DNA of 63,277 nucleotides, filler included, from Tortispora ganteri (taxonomy: Eukaryota): the NCBI GenBank assembly GCA_003707115.1. It is 50 parts of 50 records of this genome, joined end to end, with 100 filler letters (N's around TTAATTAATTAA, not from the genome) between each part and the next. Parts side by side here need not be neighbours in the genome. Positions count along the whole stretch, not along the records: positions 59,959 to 61,002 come from PPNB01000233.1; positions 61,103 to 62,144 come from PPNB01000234.1; positions 62,245 to 63,277 come from PPNB01000235.1; 47 more parts are not named here. The stretch is one strand, 5' to 3'. The position numbers and the translations under genes were made by a program. Below, one piece after another: positions 59,959 to 63,277 of the stretch; the first letter of the stretch is position 1, and each line of letters begins with the position of its first letter. Below the pieces are notes generated by a model. It was not told the DNA's origin, searched no databases, and saw only the letters and a program-made list of their open reading frames with translations.

Positions 59959-61002
59959 CTGCACTTAAGGACTTTGCTTTGCAAAGCTTCCTTGCCAGTG
60001 CTTAAAGTGACAGACGAGGCCGCAAACCTTGTCGACTCCGCCTCATCAGCGAAGAAGTTAATCCTGTGAAGGAGAAAGTTATCACCCTTAAAGCTAGCAG
60101 AATTTGTGTATGGCTTCTATGCCTTGTGAAATCTGCGATGATGCCATTAATTGTGAATTCAATTAATTTCCCAAATAACCGGAATGCACCACCGCGTTGG
60201 AAGAAACCAACCGTCACACTTGACTATCCCGCTCTGACTAGCGCATCAAGCACTTCGGTACCGCGTGCGCTCATCAGTGATCTATGACTTCGGTCATCTA
60301 AGACGATCAATCCCACCCAGAGCACTGGGTGATCGGGAGACCTTGAGTTGTTGCCTCCAGAACACCTGCCATTGCTAAGCAAGAAAGGAGTCGCAAGACT
60401 CCGCTTCGTTGCGGTTCGCATGAACTGGCGTTTTCCCAGAGTAGGTCAAGTGTGGTGTGTTGCGTTTTGGGACGGTTTCGGCCGTCCCGTGGTCTGCAAA
60501 TGATCCTTCGGGTGAAACTGCTTAATAAGACCGATCAGCGTCCTAACAAGGACGCGGGGTTTGCTTTCTCGTGAACAGGTTGGACCTTGCGAAAGGTAGG
60601 TATATTCTCACAATGACGCGTCATTGTTGTTTTGTGTCACTTTGTGTTTTTTTTATTCTCCGTCTTTTACCTCTGGTCGAGTATCTGCGCTGTGTCTTGC
60701 ATAACCAAGGCTAAAGTCCTGACTGACTTAAGCAGTGACGCCGGGCACGTTTCCGGCTGACCTGTGTATGGATTGGCACAGATGCTTGTTTGAACGTGCG
60801 GTAGAGTGTTCAACCCACTCGCCGCCAGACGCTACAGAGCGATAGTTGGGCAGGAGTTTCTCTTCTGCTTCAATGCCTCGAAAGACACTGGTGAACGCGT
60901 CGCTGCGCGTTTGCCAACCGCTAACGTTAGTCATAGCCTGCCGGTCTACAAGTAGGATCCGGATTCTGCGTTCTGATTGGCAGGTTCCAACTCGGGATAA
61001 AT
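59959..61002 (+). ncRNA. Unidentified large structured RNA (or structured transcribed spacer)
   Basis: Many hairpins capped by UUCG and GNRA loops on the + strand, long-range helices, no credible ORF. Confidence 0.55.
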
Positions 61003-61102
61003 NNNNNNNNNNNNNNNNNNNNNNNNNNNNNNNNNNNNNNNNNNNNTTAATTAATTAANNNNNNNNNNNNNNNNNNNNNNNNNNNNNNNNNNNNNNNNNN
61101 NN

Positions 61103-61702
61103 AGTTCTAGTTCTAGTTTGAGCTCTAGTTTGAGTTCTAGTTTGAGTTCAAGTTCAAGTCGCAGTTCGAGTGTCAGTTCAAGCGTATCCAGCTCAGCTCA
61201 GTGGAGTTCTAGCGCCTCGAGTAGCAGCAGCTGCGGAGTGGTGTGCAATGCTTGCCCGTCCAAACCTTCACAGAGGCTGCTGGCAAGAAGGTGGGCGGTG
61301 AATCTTACGGAGTATACTGAAACGGAGGTAGCCGATGGGAAGTACCGGGTGGGGAATTCCCATCGGGTTAACGTGATGATTGTTGGGGCTATTCTAGATT
61401 TCTACTACAATAATGTCAATGCAGTGACGGAGATGCTGGTATATGTTCAGGGACCGAACCAGATAATGTATATCGTTGGGCCCCCTTCCTACTTAGGGTA
61501 TATGTTTGTTGGGGAAAGCGGGATGAGGTGCGGGGACATAGAGGCAATCGGAAGTGGTGGATGGAATCTCGTGCACCCATTGAACTCAGGGTCCATTTGG
61601 TATATTGATCAGCAATTGTCGGAGGGGTGGACGCCGATGCGATTTGTGTTCTACAGTGGATCCCAGGGCTGGATTGACATTTATTTCAACTCTAATATCT
61701 AG
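61103..61702 (+). CDS. 3' part of adhesin type C, C-terminal domain variant 2
   Basis: Paralog of 23544-24299 with many amino-acid changes. Confidence 0.85.
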   Translation, partial: SSSSSLSSSLSSSLSSSSSRSSSVSSSVSSSAQWSSSASSSSSCGVVCNACPSKPSQRLLARRWAVNLTEYTETEVADGKYRVGNSHRVNVMIVGAILDFYYNNVNAVTEMLVYVQGPNQIMYIVGPPSYLGYMFVGESGMRCGDIEAIGSGGWNLVHPLNSGSIWYIDQQLSEGWTPMRFVFYSGSQGWIDIYFNSNI

Positions 61703-62244
61703 TTTATATTTGTAGTTATAAATTGATCGTTTCAAGGAGTGTGGGGACGGGAGTAGAGAGAGAGAGAATTGAAGGGGAATGGAGACTAATCTCGGCGATA
61801 GCGGAGATTAGACAAGTAAGATAGAGTTTAAGAAATTTCCCGATTGGGACAGTCCGAATTGGGAAAAAACATAAAGCACGTAACGTCCCGAAAGAAAAAT
61901 AAGCATAGATCACGTGACGTCCCGAAATGGAAATTCGATATATATAAAACCCCCGCCACCCCTACTATTGATGCATGTTTGACTGAATGTAAATGAGCAG
62001 GCATTGTCTACGTGAATTGCCAAAACTATCGATACTAAAAGTGCGGTATCTGGAAAGCCTACTGAACAAATGCTAGGTGAACTTAAGATTTAATTAAATG
62101 AGCGAGAGGAGACTAGTGCGATAACCGCAGCTGTATTGCAAACTNNNNNNNNNNNNNNNNNNNNNNNNNNNNNNNNNNNNNNNNNNNNTTAATTAATTAA
62201 NNNNNNNNNNNNNNNNNNNNNNNNNNNNNNNNNNNNNNNNNNNN

Positions 62245-63277
62245 ACGAATTTTCTAATCCCGACATTGTGTCTATTTTCTGCCCGTGTGCGTTATCTACA
62301 TCTTGCGAAGAACATCGGAAAGCCGGGTAATGATATCGAATTATTACGCATCCCACAAAGATCACTAATTTTATAGTTGCTTACAAGACTTTATTCTCTG
62401 TGTTTCAGATGTATGCAGAGATTCATTTTGCATCTCATTTTAATTATGCAACTTTAAAATCTACCGGTATGTTCGACTGCCGTTATGCTCAATTTCATAA
62501 TAACCAGCAACCCTTTGCGTCCTATTACACGAGATTCGCATTTCTATCTAGCAAATCTACGAATAACTTATGGTAACTTCCTCTGTCATGTGCTCTAGAT
62601 AAGTGTACTCAATAGTCAAATATGTGCATACCTCGGATAACTGCATACCAAAAAGCAATTTATCTTTCTGGCATTTATGTAAATATTTGAAGAACAGTCA
62701 ACTTCAGCATGCCATTCTCTATTAAGTAGACTACCATACACCGCATACTAAGTAGTCAAAAGTTTTACTATATATCTTTCGAACCTATATCATATTTTAT
62801 AATTTATTTTAATGAACCAAAATCTACACTTGAATGTTTATTCATTCTTCTATATTTACAATGTTAAGCAAATACCAGACAACTTTTATAGCAGTTACCA
62901 ATGACATTAACCATTAAAGCTGAAAATTACGTTTATAGTACATATCCAATATATGTTCTCCATCCCACGCTGCATAAATAATCTTTTTGTACAAATAATT
63001 CTGTCTGAGCGGTTCTAATAACATAACCGATCAGACTATTGCAAGGCGAATCCATGTACTCAAACCTTATATCCTGGACGTTACAACCGTCGTGCGGCTG
63101 TTAAGATTATCAATGGTGTCAAACCTTATTCTAAACGAGCCTGTCAATCGCCCCGTCATATATACAACTCCCTCCCGCCGCCCCCAGCCACCTTCACATC
63201 CGTCGCGGCTCATGTACTACATGGTAAAGCCCGCCAAAACCAAGCAATCAACCAGTGAAATCCGTGATTGAGCGTTC
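62245..63277 (+). repeat. AT-rich non-coding repeat, copy 2
   Basis: Near-identical to 46887-47998. Confidence 0.85.

Noticed and set aside
60495..60600. SSU rRNA 3' end (TAACAAGG, GAAGGATCATT rc) or a hammerhead/hairpin ribozyme core
   Set aside because: Matches are short, lie on opposite strands and lack the surrounding invariant sequence. There is no intact CUGANGA...GAAA core.

Overview
This is not one locus. It is about 50 unplaced contigs of ~1.0-1.3 kb from a yeast-like fungus, joined by an artificial 100-nt linker (N44-TTAATTAATTAA-N44). Adjacency across linkers means nothing, but many contigs overlap in sequence and can be tiled by eye. (1) Most contigs are pieces of a family of large Ser-rich, sequon-dense adhesin/mucin-like genes. 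They carry a Cys-containing N-terminal module with no visible signal peptide and a ~150-190 aa domain (G-x-YR...E-h-h-x-Y...F-h-G-[ED]-x-AM-x-C...IG...WYP-h-R-h-V) that resembles a divergent PA14/GLEYA fold. The genes appear to sit in head-to-tail arrays, and their C-terminal domains are hypervariable at non-synonymous sites between near-identical flanks. (2) A non-coding repeat family of roughly 2.5-2.9 kb contains an array of CCAAT boxes and tiles back onto itself. (3) One ~1 kb contig looks like a highly structured RNA with UUCG/GNRA tetraloops. (4) Other content: a Mutator/MULE transposase fragment, divergent PFA3/POL3 5' ends, and an ADE5,7 3' end with an in-frame TGA at a conserved Trp position. 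All family assignments come from motif recognition; no database search was run.
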